A stretch of DNA of 64,000 nt from positions 1-64,000 of IMG/VR virus record IMGVR_UViG_2974778606_000001. One strand, written 5' to 3'. Source of the DNA: a virus. Lineage: Duplodnaviria; Caudoviricetes. Below are positions 8,672 through 15,643 of this stretch, one piece after another (position 1 is the stretch's first letter; each line of letters opens with the position of its first letter). The position numbers and the translations under genes were made by a program. Below the pieces are notes generated by a model that searched no databases, was not told the origin of the DNA, and saw only the letters and a list, made by a program, of their open reading frames with translations.

Positions 8672-9001
8672 TTACTTCAGCTTGGCCAGAAGAGAGCTGA
8701 TTTCCTGCCGAAGCTCCGATTCCGGACGCAGGCCGCGCTCCTCCTTCATCATACGCTCGAAATACGCCTTCAGCTCCGTCTTGTTGTACGGACCGTACAC
8801 GCCCTTGTCAGTGGTGTAATTGATTTTCTCGAAGGGCATCGGGCAGGAGCAACCAGAGTCGCTTGCCACGTAGTAACGTCCTCGCGCTTCCTTCCACACC
8901 TGAGTGATGTTGAACTGCCAGCTCTCCTGGTCCCAGTCGAACGAACCGATGTACTCCAGGGAGTCAAGCAGGACGAGCGGAGGCTTCGAAATGTCGGTCA
9001 T
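8672..9001 (-). CDS. Hypothetical actinophage protein (SDSGCSCPMPFE motif)
   Basis: 109 aa; own cassette. Confidence 0.75.
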   Translation of the reverse strand: MTDISKPPLVLLDSLEYIGSFDWDQESWQFNITQVWKEARGRYYVASDSGCSCPMPFEKINYTTDKGVYGPYNKTELKAYFERMMKEERGLRPESELRQEISSLLAKLK

Positions 9002-9112
9002 GGCGTTCCCCTCTCGGATTTCTTAGTCATAGTCTAGCAGGCCGATTTTTTAGTCGCAAGCCCAAACTCAAGATTTTTAGTCTGGGCCGGGGCGGCCCCG
9101 AAGGGCCGACCC

Positions 9113-9424
9113 TCACTCATAGGGTCGGTATTCGTCCCAATCCGCTCCCTCGTGGTTTTCGAACTCGATACGAACCGTGTCGCCCAGACGGTGATTCACG
9201 CTCCAAATCTCTCGATTGGAGCCCTGGTAGCGCCTCTGAGCCTTGGCCCACTTGTAGGTCTTTTCAGCGCGCTTGCGGGAACGGTGCTGCCAGGATTCGA
9301 CACAAACACCGTAGTTGAACCAGCGCCCGCCCTCTTCCGGACCACCATAGGCACGGTCGATGAAGTAGACGTTGACCCAGTGCTTGTTCCGACGACGCTG
9401 ACCGGAACGAAGACGCTTAGCCAT
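9113..9424 (-). CDS. Hypothetical phage protein (AYGGPEEGGRWF motif)
   Basis: 103 aa; GGAGG RBS; own cassette. Confidence 0.75.
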   Translation of the reverse strand: MAKRLRSGQRRRNKHWVNVYFIDRAYGGPEEGGRWFNYGVCVESWQHRSRKRAEKTYKWAKAQRRYQGSNREIWSVNHRLGDTVRIEFENHEGADWDEYRPYE

Positions 9425-9532
9425 TTGGCCTCCCTTGTTGATGACCTAAGTCTAACAGAAGCCTAGGACAGACACAACATGCTTGCCAGGATATGTAAGC
9501 ATCGAACCGCCCCGGTCCAAAAAATTCAGCAT

Positions 9533-9596
9533 AAAATTCACCCCTGTTTTCAACAGGTTTTCCCTTAGAAATTCCTTGAAAACAGGGGTGAATTTT
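9533..9596. repeat. Perfect 21-bp inverted repeat with 22-nt spacer
   Basis: AAAATTCACCCCTGTTTTCAA (9533-9553) / TTGAAAACAGGGGTGAATTTT (9576-9596). Confidence 0.9.
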
Positions 9597-9618
9597 TTCT
9601 ATGAAGTTTTTTCGAAGG

Positions 9619-9831
9619 TCAGAAGGGCACGATTTCGTTACTTCCATCGCCACAAAGGCAATGTTTCGAGTGTCGCGCCCCAACGGGGGTCATTCCACTT
9701 TCCCGAAACCGAACAATCATGTTCGGAAAGGAAGAAGTGGACATTACGCCCGATTCGGTCCGCAGACCGGCCCTCTCAAGAATCAGAGAGCCGGAATGCG
9801 TGAATCGAGGGGCTTTCTTCTTTCGAAGCAT
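9619..9831 (-). CDS. Hypothetical protein
   Basis: 70 aa; G-rich RBS; follows the 9849-9992 ORF. Confidence 0.45.
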   Translation of the reverse strand: MLRKKKAPRFTHSGSLILERAGLRTESGVMSTSSFPNMIVRFRESGMTPVGARHSKHCLCGDGSNEIVPF

Positions 9832-9848
9832 GTTTGCCCCTTTTTACA

Positions 9849-9992
9849 TCAGACGAGTTCGGACATGTGCGGGTAGGCGTCCCAGTCGAAGCCGTCCACA
9901 CGGTCCGCATCCTGCACGTCCGAGGCAGGCAGTTCGATGGTGCTCAGAACGCCAGCGTCACGGGCCTGCTCAAGAAGGTCACGAAGGTCCAT
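9849..9992 (-). CDS. Small acidic protein (47 aa; not in ORF track)
   Basis: MDLRDLLEQARDAGVLSTIEL...; GAGG RBS; promoter at 10025-10053. Confidence 0.65.
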   Translation of the reverse strand: MDLRDLLEQARDAGVLSTIELPASDVQDADRVDGFDWDAYPHMSELV

Positions 9993-10140
9993 GGTGTGTA
10001 CTTCCTCTCGCTTGGTGTAGTACCAGTCTAGCCCATGGGATGGGTAGATGCAAGCACGTAAATCGTGGGAATTTTTTGAGGGCCTTCGTACACGCGCGGG
10101 GGAAATGTGGGGAATCTACGTAATGCCCCTTAAAAGAGGT

Positions 10141-10245
10141 CTATATGGGTATACCCCATATGGGTGATATGCACTATATGGGTAGGTATGCACCTATATG
10201 CCCTATATGTACCCATATGTACCAGTATGGGTAGGTATGTCCCCA
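10141..10245. repeat. ~10-bp periodic TATG-containing degenerate tandem repeat
   Basis: ctatatgggt/cccatatgggt/gatatgcac/tatatgggt/aggtatgcac/ctatatgccc/tatatgtacc/catatgtacc/agtatgggt/aggtatgtcc. Confidence 0.75.
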
Positions 10246-10411
10246 ATGTCCGTTTTGTCCACCCCAGATTTGAGGGTGTCCGATTTGCCCCATATGTCGG
10301 GCCGCCTCGGTTCGTTACCAATCCTTTACCTAGAATCTTGCTGAATCTAGGGTTTAGCCCCTGTGGAGCGGGTACTATGTAGGCATAGCCACTACACACC
10401 AGGGAGACACG

Positions 10412-10876
10412 ATGAACGCCACCGCCACCGCCCCGGTCACCACGCACAACGCTGACAACCACCAGTGCCGAGCAGATGAGCGCACGGCCGGTAGCAAGTA
10501 CCGTAGGCAGATGGTCGCTACCATCCTGTACCTTGCCTCCCTCACTGGCCACAGTGACGGTAAGACCTACGCTGTGTGTGTGGGTTGTGGTGAGAATGCC
10601 TACCTTGACCGTTCCCCCCGTGCTATGGACGCGTTCAACATGGGGCACGTGCAGAGTGACGCTACGGGTGGCACGTACTGTGTGGCCAACATGCTTCCCC
10701 TTTGCCGACAGTGCAACGCTGACATGGGCAGTGACCACATGATGGACGTTCTCATTCCTCTTTATGACAATCGGGACATGTGGGATGGCAAGCTGCTGCG
10801 TGACCCCGGCATGGTCAAGGAAGAGGCGCACGCGAACCGTGGCCGTGCCTCTTGGAAGCGCCCTGAGAGCGTCTGA
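10412..10876 (+). CDS. HNH endonuclease
   Basis: CVGC...GHV...GG...NMLPLCRQCN. Confidence 0.8.
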   Translation: MNATATAPVTTHNADNHQCRADERTAGSKYRRQMVATILYLASLTGHSDGKTYAVCVGCGENAYLDRSPRAMDAFNMGHVQSDATGGTYCVANMLPLCRQCNADMGSDHMMDVLIPLYDNRDMWDGKLLRDPGMVKEEAHANRGRASWKRPESV

Positions 10877-10883
10877 GACGCTT

Positions 10884-10922
10884 TTCTCCCCTCCCTGGGA
10901 GTGGTGGCCCAGGGAGGGGAGA
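10884..10922 (+). terminator. Hairpin after HNH gene
   Basis: TCTCCCCTCCCTGGG...CCCAGGGAGGGGAGA. Confidence 0.55.
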
Positions 10923-11106
10923 TAGGCCCGGAGACGGGCGCACAGGGCTTTTGAAAGCCGTTTTCAAATGGCCTGCCCGGCATCGTGGAACCTTCCCCGG
11001 AGAGTTTGTCAAGGGGTATGGGCGCACTATCTGAATTGTTACAAAGGTATGCGGAGCATGTATCATACAAATTCAAAAATTACTAACATTTGTGTGTACT
11101 TTTATG

Positions 11107-11340
11107 TTACTCTTCAGTAGCTTCGTCGCTCATATCGAATGACGGAGGCGGACCGAATATCTTTCCCATTTGGTGTCCAGCATAGATGACGTTCGCCTCA
11201 TTCGGACTTACCTTTCGTGCAATGACTGTCAGCATATCGTAGATACGCATAAGCAGAATTGTTTGTACTGTTTCTGCTACATTGTCATCGAATACGTCAG
11301 CTATATCTCTTTCTGTTTCATCATTCATTGAGGTCTCCAT
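11107..11340 (-). CDS. Hypothetical protein
   Basis: Overlaps the ThyX 3' end. Confidence 0.7.
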   Translation of the reverse strand: METSMNDETERDIADVFDDNVAETVQTILLMRIYDMLTVIARKVSPNEANVIYAGHQMGKIFGPPPSFDMSDEATEE

Positions 11341-12010
11341 ATGGTCTCATGGCTACCGGAAAGACTGGCTGAACCAGGTCTCTTACTGCCTGCGCATATT
11401 GCTGGATTTCTAGCTGTGCCTTGTGCTCAAGACGCTCTGATAGAAAGTGCAATACTGCTGCAAGGCTTGTAGTCCATCTCCAGCGTACATACATACCATA
11501 TGCGGGGAGGAATAGCCTTGCCTGTTCCGGCGCTAGATTGCTGTCAAGAGCAAGATGATATAGGTCTTCACCTCTTGCCAGAAATTCCTTTAGCATATCG
11601 GTATACTGCTGACTTGTTGCAGGGTCGGCATTTTCACCGCTTCCCTGCTTCTTGTTTTCCGGGGCCAGTCTCCATTCTGTTGGAATGTGATATACGGGCT
11701 CCTCGGTAATGTATCGCCTTGAAGACTCATTCCATCCTATCTGGTCATCAAGGTGTGTACTTGCAACGGTGTACTTCCACCACTGCCGGGCCACGAATAG
11801 TGGCGCATATACCTCAAAAGTCAATGTAGCATGACGAAAAGGAGAGTATTCCTTGTTTCTGACTAGGAAATTAATCAGTCTTTCATCCCTGTCAGAGAAC
11901 TCGGCACTCTCCTTTGCGTAACTTACCCTTGCTGCATTGACGATTGAGAGGTCTGAACCCATGTGGTCTACAAGTCTTACATAGCCTTGGTCCAAAACAT
12001 CAATCTTCAA
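11321..12010 (-). CDS. thyX: Flavin-dependent thymidylate synthase ThyX
   Basis: IVNAARVSY, SPFRH, APLFVARQW, WNESSRRY, PEQARLFLP, HKAQLEIQQYA. Confidence 0.93.
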   Translation of the reverse strand: MKIDVLDQGYVRLVDHMGSDLSIVNAARVSYAKESAEFSDRDERLINFLVRNKEYSPFRHATLTFEVYAPLFVARQWWKYTVASTHLDDQIGWNESSRRYITEEPVYHIPTEWRLAPENKKQGSGENADPATSQQYTDMLKEFLARGEDLYHLALDSNLAPEQARLFLPAYGMYVRWRWTTSLAAVLHFLSERLEHKAQLEIQQYAQAVRDLVQPVFPVAMRPYGDLNE

Positions 12011-12198
12011 CTGTCATCTCCATCTAGTATCGCGTTTTCTATTTGACGAGTGACACTTTTCTTCAACTCGTCCTTGCTCATACTCCAAGGATACCCTATG
12101 ACATCAACGCTGTCCAGCACCTTACCGAGCACTTCTATCAGAAGTCTCTTCAATTCGTTAATGTTGATGGGTTCTGGATTAGTCATTCTTCCAGCCAT
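12007..12198 (-). CDS. Hypothetical protein
   Basis: Coupled overlap with thyX start. Confidence 0.6.
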   Translation of the reverse strand: MAGRMTNPEPININELKRLLIEVLGKVLDSVDVIGYPWSMSKDELKKSVTRQIENAILDGDDS

Positions 12199-12416
12199 TC
12201 TTGGTCATTGAATGCGTCAATCCATTCATTTGCAGGCAGGTCTGAAGGCTCGAATGACACCTTGAACGTATGGATAATCCCTGTGGACCTCTCCAGTACC
12301 GCAAAATGATTGCCGACAAACGTAATGTCATGGGTGCTTTCGTGGTGATTGATGTTGTTGTAAACATCTTCAAACAGGAAGAGGTCTAGAATCTCCTGTG
12401 CTCGTTCTCTGTTCAT
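12183..12416 (-). CDS. Hypothetical protein
   Basis: MNRERAQEIL; ATGA overlap with the Nudix stop. Confidence 0.65.
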   Translation of the reverse strand: MNRERAQEILDLFLFEDVYNNINHHESTHDITFVGNHFAVLERSTGIIHTFKVSFEPSDLPANEWIDAFNDQEWLEE

Positions 12417-12967
12417 ACATCTGCCCCACAGACGTGACATGGATAGCTTTCGCCATCCTCATGCGGCCGGGGACATTCGCCTTCATTCTTGACCCCTGAA
12501 GGGGTCAACGTTCCTGGCTCTAGCTGCGGCTCACCATAGGTGTCCTTCCAGTACATAGGGCCACCATCCCATGCCTGAATGTATTCCTCAACAGATGGGA
12601 AAAGGTTTGAAGGTAGGTCATACATACTGAACCAACGCCATTCAAAGCACTTGTGTGGCTCCATTACTACCGGGTCGCCGCCCTCATAGTAGCAAGATAC
12701 GCCAATATCGAGGAAGTGCTTACCCTTGAAGCCTCTTAGGTCTCCTACACAAAGAATATCCCAAGAGCTGACTTCTAGTGCCGGGCCACATTCTTCGATG
12801 AGTTCCCGCTTGGCTCCAGCGAAAAGCGATTCACCAAGCTCCTGCTTACCGCCCGGAAACGCCCACATACCTTCGCCGTGTGCATTCTTGCGTCGTCCAA
12901 GAAGAATTTCTCCACCTTTCCGATACACAAAGATGCCAATTCCAACACGAACAACATCGTAGGTCAC
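12413..12967 (-). CDS. Nudix hydrolase
   Basis: Nudix box GGKQELGESLFAGAKRELIEECG; GTG start with GGAGG RBS. Confidence 0.9.
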   Translation of the reverse strand: MTYDVVRVGIGIFVYRKGGEILLGRRKNAHGEGMWAFPGGKQELGESLFAGAKRELIEECGPALEVSSWDILCVGDLRGFKGKHFLDIGVSCYYEGGDPVVMEPHKCFEWRWFSMYDLPSNLFPSVEEYIQAWDGGPMYWKDTYGEPQLEPGTLTPSGVKNEGECPRPHEDGESYPCHVCGADV

Positions 12968-13128
12968 TTTTCCTCCAATGCCTTGATGGCACCATCGAAG
13001 CGTCGGACTTCTCTTATCCAACGCTGGGCTTCAACTCTATTACCGGCCTTATTGGCCCTGTCAACCTTGCCCTGAGCCACACGACGCTGTTCATAAAGAC
13101 TGTTCAAAGCCTTCTGAATCTCAGTCAT
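12964..13128 (-). CDS. Small helical protein (54 aa; not in ORF track)
   Basis: MTEIQKALNSLYEQRR...; 4-nt overlaps on both sides. Confidence 0.65.
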   Translation of the reverse strand: MTEIQKALNSLYEQRRVAQGKVDRANKAGNRVEAQRWIREVRRFDGAIKALEEK

Positions 13129-13280
13129 TTGTTAGCAATCATCCATTCGTTGAGAGCGAATATTTCTCTTGATATGGCCTGTGCTCGCTTTTCGTTTTTT
13201 CCTCTTACCTTCAGATATTCTTCAGCAAGCTTAGCCTTTCGCTGCTGCGCTTCCTTCATGTTCTTAGGTATGGCACTCAT
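13125..13280 (-). CDS. Small basic protein (51 aa; not in ORF track)
   Basis: MSAIPKNMKEAQQRK...; ATGA overlaps. Confidence 0.65.
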   Translation of the reverse strand: MSAIPKNMKEAQQRKAKLAEEYLKVRGKNEKRAQAISREIFALNEWMIANK

Positions 13281-13600
13281 ACGTTATTCCTGTCCAAGAT
13301 ATCGTGTATCTCTTCTGGGTCTACCTCTCCATCGTATTTGTCGAAGCTTCGTAGTTCACGAACCGCTTCCTTGTACCGGCGATTTTCTGTCAAGTAATTG
13401 TCAGCATCATTAGCCCACCGGTAAGCATCATTACGAAGTGCTAGGAACTTATCACGAGGAATCTCTTCATTGGGCAATATATCGAATTCAACCCAGACTG
13501 AGTACTCCTCTTCTGTCATTCCTAGAAACTCGTGGAGTGACAAACTGCTTTCGCTGTCATGCCACTTGTCCACGAGGTCTTCTAGTTGTCCTCTATTCAT
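13277..13600 (-). CDS. Hypothetical protein
   Basis: 107 aa; LHEFLGMTEEEY motif. Confidence 0.75.
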   Translation of the reverse strand: MNRGQLEDLVDKWHDSESSLSLHEFLGMTEEEYSVWVEFDILPNEEIPRDKFLALRNDAYRWANDADNYLTENRRYKEAVRELRSFDKYDGEVDPEEIHDILDRNNV

Positions 13601-13976
13601 GTCCCCAGTTTGTCACGCGCCGGGGACATTGTCAAGACGTGACACTGCCTTGTTCACCGTATTCACTGGGACATCTGTCCCCTTGATGTCACAAATCTGC
13701 TTGTGCAATTCTGTCCTGTCCGTGACACCTTGAGACCATAGCTCTCTGACCAGGGCGGACACTGATTTGTCACCTTGTCCTGTGACACTTTTTGTCACTG
13801 GGACAGGCTTTGTCACTGTATCGGTGACAGGGACATCAGGTGTCGTGACAGAAAATGTCTTGTCCTGGGACATGTCACTTGTCTTGTCACGCTTGTCCTT
13901 TTTGTCCTTCTTCGGTGTCACCTTGTCACCAGACTTTGTCCTCTCGATAGGTTGTCCTGTGACACCCGTGACAACC
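13586..13976. repeat. Dense intragenic TGTC/GACA (TGTCAC, TGTCC) motif cluster
   Basis: About 36 occurrences in ~380 bp, both orientations, several reading frames (manual count; ~3 expected). Confidence 0.85.
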
Positions 13977-14494
13977 TCGTTCAGACGGAAGAATACCACG
14001 TTCTTGAAGCCACGGAAAGTCTTGCCTGGGAAGATAAGCCAGCTAATCTTACCAAACACTGGCATACGCTTCGGGACGAGGCCCATGGCTCGCATTTCAC
14101 TTCTGTGGATGAAGCGCAAATAAAGCTCGAAAAGAATACCTGCGATAACTGGTGGTGCTCCAAAAAGAACCATTCCAGGGACCCCGTAGGACAGCAGGAT
14201 GGCGTGTTCTACGTTGAGGTATACAGACGCACCAACAAACAGATACGTCGCTAGTTTTGTTGCTAGACCAGAGTCTTCTGTTCTGGCGTACTTGCTGGCA
14301 AGGTCAGCGACAAACAAAGCCGCTCCATCGAATGCAGCACTGACACCAATAGCAAGAATCTGTGGGACTCCATAGAAGGTTACCGCAAGAGAATAGAGCG
14401 ACCACCAGCTAAGTGCCAGAGCAACGATTAGAACGACTCCGAATGAGACGGAACCTCGCCAATCAAGAACCCTCTTGATATTTGGCTTGTTCAC
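13613..14494 (-). CDS. DUF2637-like (plasmid Spd-type) membrane protein with low-complexity linker and C-terminal helical domain
   Basis: Four TM segments (ALALSWWSLYSLA, AAFDGAAL, GASVYLNVEHA, GAPPV), T/D/K/V/P-rich linker, putative HTH. Confidence 0.65.
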   Translation of the reverse strand: MNKPNIKRVLDWRGSVSFGVVLIVALALSWWSLYSLAVTFYGVPQILAIGVSAAFDGAALFVADLASKYARTEDSGLATKLATYLFVGASVYLNVEHAILLSYGVPGMVLFGAPPVIAGILFELYLRFIHRSEMRAMGLVPKRMPVFGKISWLIFPGKTFRGFKNVVFFRLNEVVTGVTGQPIERTKSGDKVTPKKDKKDKRDKTSDMSQDKTFSVTTPDVPVTDTVTKPVPVTKSVTGQGDKSVSALVRELWSQGVTDRTELHKQICDIKGTDVPVNTVNKAVSRLDNVPGA

Positions 14495-14513
14495 TGTTCT
14501 CCTTAGACAAAAG

Positions 14514-14541
14514 TGCAGGCGGTCCTTCTCGGACCGCCTGC
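14514..14541 (-). terminator. Hairpin downstream of dps
   Basis: GCAGGCGGTCC-TTCTC-GGACCGCCTGC. Confidence 0.6.
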
Positions 14542-14551
14542 TATTTAATTG

Positions 14552-14953
14552 TTATTTTGCTGACTCGGTCAACATCCAGAGCCACTTGTCGACGCCTCGC
14601 TTGATTTCAATCAGGACATCCTGAGTTGCAAGGTCATCAGTAATGTTCAGTATAGCAGTCTGTAGTAGGTTGGTCAATCCCCTCAAGGAACTGATGAGAC
14701 CCTGAACAGTCTGCGAATAGCTTACTGATTCGCCGCTGAATTCGTAGGCAACCTTTGGTGCAAGGTAAAGCTCAATCGCTCTTGCCCGCTCTGCAAGTGT
14801 GTCAGCGTATTCAGTTATATCGGAGTAAAGCTCGTCAAGCTTCTCGTGGAAGTAGAGAAATTCCCTACCCCTGAGATTCCAATGACTCTCCTTGACGACC
14901 AAGGAGAGAATCAGGAGCCATTCGAGCGTTTCTTCCATCTTTGCTTCTAGCAC
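14552..14953 (-). CDS. dps: Dps / ferritin-like DNA-protection protein
   Basis: HWNLRG.EF...HEKLDELY......DTLAERARAI, DLATQD, DKWLWML. Confidence 0.88.
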   Translation of the reverse strand: MLEAKMEETLEWLLILSLVVKESHWNLRGREFLYFHEKLDELYSDITEYADTLAERARAIELYLAPKVAYEFSGESVSYSQTVQGLISSLRGLTNLLQTAILNITDDLATQDVLIEIKRGVDKWLWMLTESAK

Positions 14954-15164
14954 TCTCCACCTCCTTAATCGCCATCATCACGTTACGATGCATCTCTAGA
15001 CCTGGCAGGATATACGTGTCGCATACCGAACACCATAGTCTAAGGTCGGGAGATGCACCTGGCTTCAATCTCTGTATTAAGTTGTTCTGACAATCCGGAC
15101 ATGACAATGGAGAAACCTTTCGTTCCTCTGTCAGTCGGAAGTATTTATGAAAATCCTGCCACAT
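14865..15164 (-). CDS. Zinc-ribbon protein (leaderless)
   Basis: CPDC...CSVC; TACACT-6nt-ATG. Confidence 0.65.
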   Translation of the reverse strand: MWQDFHKYFRLTEERKVSPLSCPDCQNNLIQRLKPGASPDLRLWCSVCDTYILPGLEMHRNVMMAIKEVESARSKDGRNARMAPDSLLGRQGESLESQG

Positions 15165-15176
15165 GCTTACAGTGTA

Positions 15177-15380
15177 TCACGCATTATCGAGATTGTAGAG
15201 AACGCGCTTAAGCTCTCCCTTTGCCTCATTTACGGCATTGCGGAGATTGTTCACTTCGTTCTCATATGCGTTGTCAGCCTCTACGGCATCTTGCTTGATT
15301 TCACTGATAAGAGCAGTGACGAGATTTCTATTAAGACCGGCCGAATCTGTGAGCAGAAGAAGTTCTATTTCAGCTCTCAT
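15177..15380 (-). CDS. Hypothetical coiled-coil protein
   Basis: 67 aa; coupled to upstream ORF. Confidence 0.65.
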   Translation of the reverse strand: MRAEIELLLLTDSAGLNRNLVTALISEIKQDAVEADNAYENEVNNLRNAVNEAKGELKRVLYNLDNA

Positions 15381-15544
15381 TTCACACCGTCTCTATTACC
15401 ATGGTCCTTGCAAACCTTTACTGTCTTACCGTAGAATACGATATCGACAACGGGCTTGTTCGGACACTGCTTGATGAAACACTTACCCTTTTCGTTTCGG
15501 GTATTTTCATGCTTCAAGTCTCTTCCAAGACTATCTGGCATCAT
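15377..15544 (-). CDS. Small C-x4-C/CxxH zinc-finger-like protein (55 aa; not in ORF track)
   Basis: MMPDSLGRD...KCFIKQCPNK...VCKDHG; AAGGAG RBS. Confidence 0.6.
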   Translation of the reverse strand: MMPDSLGRDLKHENTRNEKGKCFIKQCPNKPVVDIVFYGKTVKVCKDHGNRDGVK

Positions 15545-15562
15545 CGCTCCTTAAATAGAGAG

Positions 15563-15633
15563 AGCCCCGCAAGAGAATCGAACTCTTAACTCTTCATTAC
15601 GAAAGAAGTGCGTTACCATTACGCCAGCGGGGC
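15563..15633 (-). tRNA. tRNA-Thr(CGT)
   Basis: Cloverleaf: GCCCCGC/GCGGGGC acceptor, GCGT/ACGC D-arm, anticodon loop TTCGTAA, AAGAG-TTCGATT-CTCTT T-arm; no encoded CCA; one T-T mismatch in the anticodon stem. Confidence 0.88.
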
Positions 15634-15643
15634 AGTGGTGGAA

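Larger units (their letters stand above)
1195..10053 (-). promoter_or_regulatory. Family of ~15 leftward early promoters (TTGnnn/TAGACA -35, 17-18 bp, TAGACT-type -10), one per cassette
   Basis: -10/-35 hexamer start positions: 1195/1218, 2368/2392, 3034/3058, 3592/3615, 4729/4753, 5645/5668, 6041/6064, 6622/6646, 7093/7117, 7296/7319, 7787/7810, 8196/8220, 8603/8627, 9031/9054, 9449/9472, 10025/10048. Matches the actinobacterial principal-sigma consensus. Confidence 0.85.
811..10319. repeat. Dispersed 13-bp intergenic pseudo-palindrome GGCCG-GGG-CGGCC, 16 copies separating gene cassettes
   Basis: Copies at 811 (variant), 1231, 2442, 3076, 3634, 4792, 5698 (inverted), 6095, 6667 (variant), 7337, 7819, 8249, 8644, 9085, 9505 (inverted variant), 10300 (inverted, degenerate). 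All intergenic; most adjoin a GGCCC(C)-CGAA-GGG(G)CC hairpin. Confidence 0.95.

Noticed and set aside
1727-9466. Long plus-strand ORFs (e.g. 1727-2374, 2488-3057, 3070-3843, 4126-4743)
   Set aside because: Antisense shadows of GC-rich minus-strand genes; promoters, RBSs and protein motifs all support the minus strand.
811-10319. Cassette repeats as a CRISPR array
   Set aside because: Repeat is only 13 bp and the intervals are roughly 390-1200 bp containing whole genes; no cas operon.
10130-10831. 233-aa minus-strand ORF
   Set aside because: Antisense to the HNH gene and runs through the TATG repeat.
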